In this document: positions 57,101-64,000 of the stretch, in pieces | Layout of the letters: every line of letters begins with the position of its first letter | Numbering within the stretch: the stretch's first letter is position 1 | IMG/VR virus record: IMGVR_UViG_3300025869_002060 | Coordinates: 62,001-126,000 of that record | Direction: 5' to 3' (one strand) | Length of the DNA stretch: 64,000 nucleotides | Notes under the pieces: generated by a model | Databases searched by the model: none | Seen by the model: the letters and a program-made list of their open reading frames with translations, nothing else | What the model was told of the DNA's origin: nothing | Position numbers and translations under genes: made by a program

Positions 57101-59493
57101 TTACAGAAAATGGCGAGCGTGTTAGCAGTAGCCTTACAAGCGGAAATGCAAATTGGACATTTAGTAATGGAACAGTAAGTATAAAAGCAACAGGGTTACC
57201 TTATCATAGTAGAGGCAATCCAGCGGCACCGTTTAATTCAGCCGCTCAATCATATAGTATGACATGGTCGAACCATGCCGGTAGAGATTATCCAAACTCA
57301 GGAACTAAAACACCATTACCATTGAACCATATTGGTTTTTGGCTAAACGGAGTTGCAATTTATAACCCTGCAGGAGGTGATCGTGCTCCAATTGGTATGT
57401 CACCTATTGCAGGAATGAACTTTAACCTTGCTTTTCAAAGTGCGACTGACTTAGGATATTCTTTTGGAGATGATTTAGCTGGCGGTCATGCAGATGTTAA
57501 CGGAGTGTATAGTTATAGAGATCGCACATTTACACAATCCTGGACAAGTGGAATTGGAGCAACAGACAATTCAGTTGGCGGTAAAGAATTAGAACAAATT
57601 CCTTATATAGGTAGCAACTTAGCTCACCCTGATGGACATAGTAAAATACTTGGTTGGTCATTAGACGGATATCCAATTTACGGACCTAATGGTTATACTA
57701 ACTATAACGACAATACTTCAGCAGTAATTAGAATGACTAGTGCTTGGGCTATCAAATCAGATTTTAGTCACAGGACTGGTGTTGCAAATGATCCATCAAC
57801 ATATCCATTGGGCATATTCATTGAAGATTTTGAACATGTAGGTGGCGGAACTCTTGACAAGTGGAACGGAAGGTATTGTGTTACACCTGACTATCCAACT
57901 GGAACTTATGCTTACTTTGTTACAGAAGATGCTGACGGTGATGCAGTTTATCCATATGTAATTGGCCAAGAGTATTACGGTTATGCAAGTGCGTTTGATA
58001 TTAGCACTAGCAACAGTGGTTTAGGATTTGAACCAGCTGGCACTGATTTAATTAGTTCAGGGTCAATGACTGACTACGATGGTGTATTTGGATTTGATTC
58101 ATATAAAGTTATTCCGGGTTTCCGTGAAAGAGGATTAACTATTTCACAATTACTATTAGTGAATACTGCGGCAAGTGGTTCAACTAGTTTTGATGTTGAA
58201 TACCAATACGGAGCGGATCTAATAGGAAAAGCCTTTTTAGCACCTAGTAACGATGCCATACCAGATAATACAAAAATCTTACAACAACAGACAGTTGATA
58301 TTAGTGTAACGCCAGGCGTTGTAAGTTTAGTTACACGTCTTGTAGTTAACAACCCAAGTACTATTGGTTTAACCAAAGGTTCACCAGTTGATATTGTATC
58401 AGCAGTAACTTCAACACAGATTGGTGTTGGAGATACTATTATTGTTGACAGTATTCCAAGCGATCTAAAACCAGGTATGAGTATACAAGGAAAAAATATA
58501 CCAGCTGAAACTTATATTAGAGCAGTTGATAGTGGTACAAATAGAATCGAAACTACTAGTCAACTTAGTACAGTAGAGAGCGGTACTATAATTAGATACC
58601 TACAAACAAATCAACGTGCTGGTATCTGGAGAATCAATATCACTGGAACACAAACACTAGTAAACTTTGATCATACAGCTCATTATGCATTGAACTATAA
58701 ATGGAGTGACATACATGGACAAGCCTGGAGTACATTCTTATTAAACAATCCTAATGCAATTGATGGTGTTCGTAGTATTGCTGACCTTCAAGATAAAGAA
58801 CTTATTTTCCTAGGCGACATAGGTAACGAAGACGGCTGGACACCTAAGGATATATGGGACTTAACAAGGTATGATCCAGATGCAATCAGCGGAACCACTA
58901 TTCCGTATCATAATAGACGTCAAGTTTGGAAACTAACATTCCAAGAAACAGATATAATTATTAATCAGAGAGTTGCACCCAGTGACGTACTAGACTTTGA
59001 TGCGTTCGATGAGGATAAGCAGTTTCAACCATTTATCCTTGGTAAAGAGTATATTATGCAACTTACCCTAGTAACTGCAAAAGATGTAGAGCGTGGCGAT
59101 AGAGTACGTGTTACGCTAGGAACATATAAAGATAAGGACATGTCACTTGATTTTGCTGATAATTACACTGAAACTGAAATAATTATATCAGATGAACTAG
59201 TTAGACTTGATTTTGTTCGTGAAATTGACGTTGGAACGAAGATTAAAGTAGCAAAAGGGCAGAGTTACGGTTTCTCTTTCCTAACGTATGATGCTACATT
59301 AGAGGCCGATCAAACCGTGCCAAAGTATAAATATTGGAAAGGGAGTGTAGAAGCAGAGCCCGGCACCGACAACAAAGACTATACCAGGTTTGATGGTGGA
59401 GGTACCCGTTTCTTCAATTACAGAGATAGTTATCATAAGCCTGAAGACGGTGATAAATATATTAAATTCCCACAGATAGGAGTGTTTACATAA
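54148..59493 (+). CDS. Large baseplate wedge-like virion protein with Ig-like repeats and an inserted YHYH-like domain
   Basis: Repeated SGxLPPG...SG.ISG and Y.F.V.A Ig-like units; IKATGLP.H, NGVAIYNP, GHSKILGW.LDGYPIYGP, LDKWNGRYCVTPDYP.GTYAYF. Confidence 0.75.
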   Translation: MAIGEVARHKWITQGGDIGTVPELEFIDIPLEVTNPTQDNIIFDLISGELPPGVQIERMPGAIQGVPVVLDPLPVDEARTYRFSIRASSTSGIVTDRSFEITVTNLFPPYITPRTANLGTVFDGTYYKKQLSATEPNPNAVLNWTVASGQLPPGITLSSSGLISGYITIESTDADNVIPGYDAQSSGGSVAFYDVAGWDTLGRSRNRKYTFTVQVSDGSSVDSLTYQLGIASKILFTADQDHTSISGSAEQPIAISADNDELSIDADNRYVPVITTPPASLPQVRQENFFAYKFDALDFEGDPIEFQFRLAEGGSFDQGGGAIFGWKDPRNGNGVTGQFEPNEGRAKNNPRTVQYFDTDEHELAYNLITENYPVGSQFDIIGVWYETDAGVVTIFEEGVDFTVNVTNTLVTVTDPADVPDNGRLAVDFYIILPDNTFGVGSGLDEGLYDQSESKLPPTLTIDANGWLNGYVDPQVEDRKVYEFIISANKIEDATYESAPVQFALTILGSLTDTITWVTPTDLGSLIPGEVSQLSVQATSANGQAITYSIEEDTKVNTPQGLSLDILPNGFISGRTSFRTFQMDSGVVTFDKGKTLFDNKYEFTVTATTVDGLVSSNRTFTLRLNPRYTRPYENLYLKALPTQAQRQSFLDIVNNQAIFPDNLIFRKEDPWFGRAKTIKFLALAGVNPSTLASYTEAIDKNHYTKKIDFGKVKTARAVDEFYNVKYEVVYVEVEDPQNINDTDVTLSNKVGTITPPMGGQFFLDSEQPTINKYIDEQGVEYDTIYPNTFENMNTRVINSLGYSARGVFPDWMLSVQEDKTVIGFKRAVVLAYTVPGASKLIAYRLKSNNVSFSKIEFVVDRYQLDNVLSKNFDIPQNQFLPSEETTYDRLLIGPGELQYPVTYAVEQSFDSIHLRTKAYINDNQAANPLLPPGIDGTKNYKHGETLIFAKQEGFANVASPDTDGWVEYQNLFVGDIPGDGIESEAVTENGERVSSSLTSGNANWTFSNGTVSIKATGLPYHSRGNPAAPFNSAAQSYSMTWSNHAGRDYPNSGTKTPLPLNHIGFWLNGVAIYNPAGGDRAPIGMSPIAGMNFNLAFQSATDLGYSFGDDLAGGHADVNGVYSYRDRTFTQSWTSGIGATDNSVGGKELEQIPYIGSNLAHPDGHSKILGWSLDGYPIYGPNGYTNYNDNTSAVIRMTSAWAIKSDFSHRTGVANDPSTYPLGIFIEDFEHVGGGTLDKWNGRYCVTPDYPTGTYAYFVTEDADGDAVYPYVIGQEYYGYASAFDISTSNSGLGFEPAGTDLISSGSMTDYDGVFGFDSYKVIPGFRERGLTISQLLLVNTAASGSTSFDVEYQYGADLIGKAFLAPSNDAIPDNTKILQQQTVDISVTPGVVSLVTRLVVNNPSTIGLTKGSPVDIVSAVTSTQIGVGDTIIVDSIPSDLKPGMSIQGKNIPAETYIRAVDSGTNRIETTSQLSTVESGTIIRYLQTNQRAGIWRINITGTQTLVNFDHTAHYALNYKWSDIHGQAWSTFLLNNPNAIDGVRSIADLQDKELIFLGDIGNEDGWTPKDIWDLTRYDPDAISGTTIPYHNRRQVWKLTFQETDIIINQRVAPSDVLDFDAFDEDKQFQPFILGKEYIMQLTLVTAKDVERGDRVRVTLGTYKDKDMSLDFADNYTETEIIISDELVRLDFVREIDVGTKIKVAKGQSYGFSFLTYDATLEADQTVPKYKYWKGSVEAEPGTDNKDYTRFDGGGTRFFNYRDSYHKPEDGDKYIKFPQIGVFT

Positions 59494-59494
59494 G

Positions 59495-60268
59495 ATGTCA
59501 TCAGAAATCAACCCATTTAACATTAATGGCAGTTTTCCTATTGCAGGTCAAGACAACGATAGCCAAGGCTTTCGTGATAACTTTACTAATACCCGCAATA
59601 ACTTTAACTTAGCCAAAACAGAATTAGAGGACTTACAGAATAAAGTAGTTCTCAAAAGCCCATTAAGCGGAGAGCTGGCGACAGACGCGGCTTACAATAA
59701 TCTTAATGGCACAGTATTAACGGCGCCAGAACTTAAAGCATGGCGCTCAACCAAAGTTCTTAAAGATCCAGCAGGAGCCAGCGTAGACGTTGACTTCTCA
59801 GCAGGAAACTTTTATCAACTTGTAACAAATGCTTCAACAACCTTAAGTTTTTCAGGTTTTCCAAACGATGCTTATTCAGCAATACGTGTTTGGTTAACAG
59901 TTGATGCTTCACATACAGTTACATTACCAAGTGGTGTAATGGTTGGAGCAAGTACAATTGAAGGATTTGATGTAAGTAACGACAGTGTTACTTTTGCCGC
60001 AACAGGCAGTTATTTGTGGGAAATTAGTTCTTATAATGGTAGCACATTCTTTATTGAAGACTTGAGCAGAAACAGAAATGCAGTAACTACACTAGCTATT
60101 TCTAATCTTGTTACATTTACTCCATTAGCCGCTGAACCATCTGGTGCAATTGATGGCACTGTGGCAGTAGCAAACGGACTTGCCGCAGGATGGGATCCAG
60201 CTTCAGTTGGTGGAACAACATCATATCCAGTATACTATGATGGAGCCGCTTGGCACAAGATGATTTAA
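59495..60268 (+). CDS. Virion structural protein
   Basis: FPIAGQDNDSQGFRDNF N-terminus; coupled to the baseplate-like gene. Confidence 0.7.
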   Translation: MSSEINPFNINGSFPIAGQDNDSQGFRDNFTNTRNNFNLAKTELEDLQNKVVLKSPLSGELATDAAYNNLNGTVLTAPELKAWRSTKVLKDPAGASVDVDFSAGNFYQLVTNASTTLSFSGFPNDAYSAIRVWLTVDASHTVTLPSGVMVGASTIEGFDVSNDSVTFAATGSYLWEISSYNGSTFFIEDLSRNRNAVTTLAISNLVTFTPLAAEPSGAIDGTVAVANGLAAGWDPASVGGTTSYPVYYDGAAWHKMI

Positions 60269-60359
60269 GGTAATTAACTTACCTTTTGGTTGATTTTTAC
60301 ATTGACTCCTTGTTGTAACTAATATATACTATTAGTAATTAGTTCCAAGGAGTTTTTGT

Positions 60360-60773
60360 ATGACTAAAGAAATTGATCTCGACAAATATGCCGAGTTTGT
60401 TGATGCTGTTACTAGCAATGAAAGTAAAGCAAACAACGATTATATTATGCGTTGGACTACACTTGTAAATCAACGCAATGCCAACCTACCTCGAATGTTA
60501 ACCGCATGCCTCGGACTTAGTGCTGAAGCAGGTGAGTTTACTGAAATTGTTAAAAAAATTGTATTCCAAGGCAAACCATTGGATGACGATAACATCTTTC
60601 ACATGAAGCGTGAGCTTGGTGATGTAATGTGGTATTGGATGCAAGCCTGTATGGCATTAGAGCTTGATCCCAATGATGTCATTGCAGAAAATGTAAAGAA
60701 GTTAGAAGCACGTTATCCTGGAGGTAGCTTTGATACATTTCAGAGCGAAAATAGGAAAGAAGGAGATTTATGA
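60360..60773 (+). CDS. MazG-like NTP pyrophosphohydrolase
   Basis: LGLSAEAGEFTEIVKK, RELGDVMWY, NVKKLEARYP. Confidence 0.9.
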   Translation: MTKEIDLDKYAEFVDAVTSNESKANNDYIMRWTTLVNQRNANLPRMLTACLGLSAEAGEFTEIVKKIVFQGKPLDDDNIFHMKRELGDVMWYWMQACMALELDPNDVIAENVKKLEARYPGGSFDTFQSENRKEGDL

Positions 60774-60961
60774 GTTATCCTAAACGTACAGGTCCAAACA
60801 GTTGGATAGTAGAAGTAAAACAGGACGGAAAATCAAAAGAACTATACTTAGAGTTTCCGGTTGGCAGTATTGATCAAGCTGGTTGGGATGTCGGTGATGA
60901 TCTTATTTGGGAAGAATTAGATGAAAAAACATGGTCAATATCTAAAAAAGAAACACAATGA
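60770..60961 (+). CDS. AbrB/MazE-like small protein
   Basis: LYLEFP..SIDQAGWDVGDDLIWE swapped-hairpin signature. Confidence 0.7.
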   Translation: MSYPKRTGPNSWIVEVKQDGKSKELYLEFPVGSIDQAGWDVGDDLIWEELDEKTWSISKKETQ

Positions 60962-61167
60962 GTGGACAAAGACGTTATCTAAGAGTTTGGGCTAGAACAG
61001 TTGGTATGCCAATTGGTTTAAATGATGAAGATAAACCAGAGTTTCTTCCTATTACTCAAACAGAGGTACGTAGGGCTTTAGCCTTTCGTACTTTTTGGAT
61101 TGTATTACATGTACTAACATGTTTTATGATTATAGCTGGAAATGCTAAAGCATTAGGCTGGTGGTGA
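60958..61167 (+). CDS. Small membrane protein
   Basis: VWARTVG..IG ... RTFWIVLHVLTCFMIIAGN. Confidence 0.7.
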   Translation: MSGQRRYLRVWARTVGMPIGLNDEDKPEFLPITQTEVRRALAFRTFWIVLHVLTCFMIIAGNAKALGWW

Positions 61168-61246
61168 TACCAAACCATTTAAAAATTGCAAAAAACGCAA
61201 GATACGACAATAAGTAATGTTGTATAAACGACATAAGGAGAAAACA

Positions 61247-61435
61247 ATGTCAGCAAGTAAATCAGAAATGGAAGCACATATGGCTTCATTTTTAGCAGAG
61301 CATGAAAAATTCACTGGTGGTAATGCATCAGCTGGTACTCGTGCAAGAAAAGCACTTAGTGAAATGTCAAAGTTGGCAAAGGTAATTCGTAACGAAATTA
61401 CTGCTGAAAAGAATGCACGAAAAGAAGGCAAGTAG
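61247..61435 (+). CDS. Histone H1-like (Hc1-family) small basic protein
   Basis: EKFTGGNASAGTRARKALSEMSKLAKVIRNEI; AAGGAG SD. Confidence 0.75.
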   Translation: MSASKSEMEAHMASFLAEHEKFTGGNASAGTRARKALSEMSKLAKVIRNEITAEKNARKEGK

Positions 61436-61440
61436 TTTCA

Positions 61441-61692
61441 ATGCACCCTCTTGGTAGCGATCTGTCTGAATTGAGTGACTCTGATTTACAAGAACGTATT
61501 TCAGAATTGCATCAAAAAAGAATGACAGCAAATCGAGTTGGCAGTATGGATTTACTGAGACAAATTGATATGTTGTTAGCAGATTGTAACCAAGAGGTGT
61601 ACGACCGCAATGCAAAGATTATGCATAAAATGGATACTAAACGTGAAGAGAGCGGTTTAGATAAACTTATTAATGTATCGAAAAAGAAATGA
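61441..61692 (+). CDS. Hypothetical helical protein
   Basis: 83 aa; MHPL..DLSELSD.DL. Confidence 0.7.
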   Translation: MHPLGSDLSELSDSDLQERISELHQKRMTANRVGSMDLLRQIDMLLADCNQEVYDRNAKIMHKMDTKREESGLDKLINVSKKK

Positions 61693-62210
61693 TTAACTAC
61701 GATAAATTTGGACAAGCATATTGCACACAGGAAGATTTATGTGATGTATTATACAAAAATCCTAACCAAGATATTTCAAAGTTTCTCTTAGTACAAGAAG
61801 AAACAGATTTATATAATAAGTCTGTTGAACGTTACTTTAATCAAGTACCAACAATCAATGCATACAAAATGCTTGATGGTGACATTGAAGACTTTGATAA
61901 TTTTAATCAATCCCATTGGGATATGCCCAATGAGTATAAAGAATTAGACATCTGTGCATGGTTACTTGAACAATGCAATCACGACACAGAATTACAAAGA
62001 GTAGGAGAAGAACTTTTACTCTATCAAGAAAGAGATTTATTTGACTTGCTTAAATTTCTTAAGTATTTTATTGACACACTTAGATCTAACGATATAGTAT
62101 GGGGTGTTGGTAGAGGAAGTAGTGTAGCAAGTTTCGTGTTATACCTAATAGGTGTACACAAAATTAACAGTATATATTACGATTTAGATATCAGTGAATT
62201 TTTACGATAA
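61689..62210 (+). CDS. Stand-alone fragment homologous to DNA polymerase III alpha (DnaE)
   Basis: RVGEELLLY ... IVWGVGRGSSVASFVLYLIGVHKINSIYYDL matches DnaE VGPGRGSAAGSLVAYxLGITxIDP. Confidence 0.8.
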   Translation: MINYDKFGQAYCTQEDLCDVLYKNPNQDISKFLLVQEETDLYNKSVERYFNQVPTINAYKMLDGDIEDFDNFNQSHWDMPNEYKELDICAWLLEQCNHDTELQRVGEELLLYQERDLFDLLKFLKYFIDTLRSNDIVWGVGRGSSVASFVLYLIGVHKINSIYYDLDISEFLR

Positions 62211-62241
62211 ATAGTAATATACACATATAACGGAGAATAAC

Positions 62242-62859
62242 ATGGCAGACAAATCAATGTATCGTTCAGCAATGGGAAAGAATATCGACATCGATAGTCT
62301 AAGAGTTGCAAACGAAGAATTAATTGCCGTTGGTAACATGAGAGTTAATGCAAGAGGTGATGAATTAGGGCCTGGTGGTGTAGTACTACGTTCAAGAGAA
62401 GAAGTACTAGCAGATACCAATCCGCCTTCTAAACCAACACCAACCCATGCAACAGCAACTAACCCTAATTTACCAGTCAATGCCCCCAGAAAAGAAACCC
62501 CAAAAACACCAGTGGAGGAAGCAATGGCTCAAGCACCAGTTCCAGTTGAATTTCCAGATGATCTTGGCAACGAAGATGAAGTAGTATTAAGACCAGATCC
62601 GGTCCCTGCTCCAATTCCAGATCCTCAGCCTATAGTTGCTCAACCAGTTCCACAAGTTGTTCCAGACGTAGTTCCGGCACCAACTCCACCAGTGGTTGAA
62701 GAGCCAGTGGTTGAAGAATCATCAGGATTTATTGAGCCCGGAGCACCAGTTGAAAGAACTGTTAGAGGATCATTGGCGGCATCAGTAGCAGGTGGAAAAA
62801 CTGTTACGCAAGAAGCTCAGCCAAATCCAAAAAAAGCAAACGGTCCAAGGAGACTATAA
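62242..62859 (+). CDS. Pro-rich late hypothetical protein
   Basis: YRSAMGKNIDID.LR..NE..IAVGNMRVNARGDELGPGG then Pro-rich tail; TAAATA at 62208. Confidence 0.75.
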   Translation: MADKSMYRSAMGKNIDIDSLRVANEELIAVGNMRVNARGDELGPGGVVLRSREEVLADTNPPSKPTPTHATATNPNLPVNAPRKETPKTPVEEAMAQAPVPVEFPDDLGNEDEVVLRPDPVPAPIPDPQPIVAQPVPQVVPDVVPAPTPPVVEEPVVEESSGFIEPGAPVERTVRGSLAASVAGGKTVTQEAQPNPKKANGPRRL

Positions 62860-62862
62860 TTA

Positions 62863-63003
62863 ATGGCTAAGAAATTAATGTCGGGTAAAGATCCAAAAGC
62901 AAAAGGTAAAAAAGTATCGCATGGTAACTCACATGCCAGTGCTGATGAAGTACGGTGGGACGAAACTGCACACAAATGGGTAACAAGAAATAAAGGAAAC
63001 TAA
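62863..63003 (+). CDS. Small basic protein (46 aa, not in ORF track)
   Basis: MAKKLMSGKDPKAKGKKVSHGNSHASADEVRWDETAHKWVTRNKGN; fills the gap exactly; GGAG SD. Confidence 0.6.
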   Translation: MAKKLMSGKDPKAKGKKVSHGNSHASADEVRWDETAHKWVTRNKGN

Positions 63004-63004
63004 A

Positions 63005-63379
63005 ATGTCAAACTATCTACCAATACATAGTTCAAGTGGAATCAGAGCATTGCGTGATCACGTTATAGTTGAAGATATTCAATTTGGTGAACGTAAAACA
63101 TCTGGTGGTATTATTGTTCTTGATGACGATGGAAAAACTCAAGGCATCCGTGCTAGATGGGCTAAAGTACATGCAGTTGGTCCAGAACAAACAGATGTTA
63201 AAGTAGGACAATGGGTTCTAATTGAACACGGTCGTTGGACACGAGCACTTAAAATTGAAATTGAAAGTGTAGTTAAAATGATTTCTCGTGCTGATAACGA
63301 TGGTATTCTTGCTGTCAGTGATGATGCACCAGACGATAATGCTGAAACATGGGCATCGTCGAGTGTAATGCATGCCTAA
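63005..63379 (+). CDS. groES: Co-chaperonin GroES-like
   Basis: IRALRDHVIV, ERKTSGGIIV mobile loop, VHAVGP, VKVGQWVL, GILAV. Confidence 0.88.
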   Translation: MSNYLPIHSSSGIRALRDHVIVEDIQFGERKTSGGIIVLDDDGKTQGIRARWAKVHAVGPEQTDVKVGQWVLIEHGRWTRALKIEIESVVKMISRADNDGILAVSDDAPDDNAETWASSSVMHA

Positions 63380-63533
63380 ATGGGGTGTTGAATACGAGCC
63401 GAGAATTGAAGATCCGGTTATCGTTGCAAAGTTTGATACTAAAGATGAAGCAACTGCTCATTTAGAGTATATAAAAAATGTAAGACCAAAAGCAAGTCCA
63501 TATCATACAATAGTGGAGATTGATGATGCATGA
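63372..63533 (+). CDS. Small hypothetical protein (53 aa, not in ORF track)
   Basis: MPKWGVEYEPRIEDPVIVAKFDTKDEATAHLEYIKNVRPKASPYHTIVEIDDA; overlaps both neighbours. Confidence 0.55.
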   Translation: MPKWGVEYEPRIEDPVIVAKFDTKDEATAHLEYIKNVRPKASPYHTIVEIDDA

Positions 63534-63789
63534 AGTTCGAATACAATCAGATAAAGTTACTCAACGAGGACGTTGGGTTGGTGAAGAATCCGGAACCAGT
63601 GTTGAAGGTGGTGCGTTGAATGCAAACTATCGAGATACCGAAGCACTTGCTATTGTAGCAAATCGTTTGGGACAATATAGTTTAGAATATGGTAAAGATT
63701 TCCATTTTAAGACTTGCGGATTAGACGAAATTGTGTTAGAATTTAACGATAATAAAGATGCACTTCTCGCACATTTGAAATGGATATAA
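63523..63789 (+). CDS. Hypothetical protein
   Basis: GGAG SD; ~88 aa. Confidence 0.65.
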   Translation: MMHEVRIQSDKVTQRGRWVGEESGTSVEGGALNANYRDTEALAIVANRLGQYSLEYGKDFHFKTCGLDEIVLEFNDNKDALLAHLKWI

Positions 63790-63792
63790 CAC

Positions 63793-64000
63793 ATGAAAGA
63801 ACTTTGGACAGAAAAATACAGGCCTGCAACTGTATCCGACTACGTATTTACAGACCAACAACAACGCTCACAAGTTGAAAGCTGGGTAAAAGATCAAACT
63901 ATTCCACACTTGTTACTAAGTGGAAGCCCAGGAACAGGCAAAACAACTCTTGCTAAAGTTTTAATTAACGAACTAAACATTCAAGACTTTGATATTTTAC
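63793..64000 (+). CDS. Clamp loader AAA+ subunit (T4 gp44/RFC-like), 5' part, truncated by the window end
   Basis: MKELWTEKYRP, IPHLLLSGSPGTGKTTLAK. Confidence 0.92.
   Translation, partial: MKELWTEKYRPATVSDYVFTDQQQRSQVESWVKDQTIPHLLLSGSPGTGKTTLAKVLINELNIQDFDIL

Noticed and set aside
60770-61167. AbrB-like gene plus small membrane gene as a toxin-antitoxin pair
   Set aside because: The downstream ORF has no MazF, PIN or other toxin motif; lone AbrB-like ORFs are common in such phages.
61441-61692. Possible ribosomal protein uL29 (DLSELSDSDLQERISEL)
   Set aside because: Only generic helical similarity at the N-terminus; the uL29 C-terminal motif (R+.IAR..T) is missing.
1-64000. Stop-codon reassignment, as seen in some large phages
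   Set aside because: Conserved genes (nrdB, clpX, clpP, guaC, ligase) are full-length in the standard code, TAG and TGA both end genes at expected positions, and coding density is high.

Overview
This window is a segment of a large, AT-rich, T4-like (jumbo or huge) myovirus genome read in the standard genetic code. The host is probably an aquatic proteobacterium (inferred from the ROSE thermometer, the TRAP/TTT proteins and the class Ia RNR). All product calls come from motif recognition by eye, not database searches. Replication and nucleotide genes: nrdA (3' part), nrdB, glutaredoxin, guaC, rpiB, PurS-like, MazG-like, DNA ligase, UvsE, a DnaE fragment and the start of a clamp loader. Proteostasis: ClpX, ClpP, ClpS, Hsp20 with a ROSE thermometer, and GroES. 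Translation: bL33-like, IF-1 and a CCA-adding domain. Virion genes: PAAR, two repeat-rich fibres and a 1781-aa baseplate-like protein. Auxiliary genes include an NDP-sugar dehydrogenase / 2OG-oxygenase / amidinotransferase / methyltransferase-like cluster, TauD, a radical SAM enzyme, a minimal malonyl-CoA decarboxylase, a (p)ppGpp-hydrolase-like HD protein, TctA/TctC, a signal-less DctP, SOD and IscA. The four strongest observations: (1) a 1020-aa late protein of unrelated modules (2x ParB/Srx-like, basic module, CCA-adding enzyme, HAD phosphatase, GNAT) whose junctions mostly carry [IL]-x-E prohead-protease-type sites, a candidate capsid-packaged polyprotein delivering tRNA-repair enzymes; (2) five late genes with exactly TAAATA-N5-ATG and no Shine-Dalgarno, so probably leaderless mRNAs; (3) a dispersed ~50-bp repeat comprising a whole early promoter in front of small accessory ORFs; (4) the amidinotransferase/sugar-tailoring cluster. 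No tRNA, rRNA, CRISPR array or transposase was recognised.
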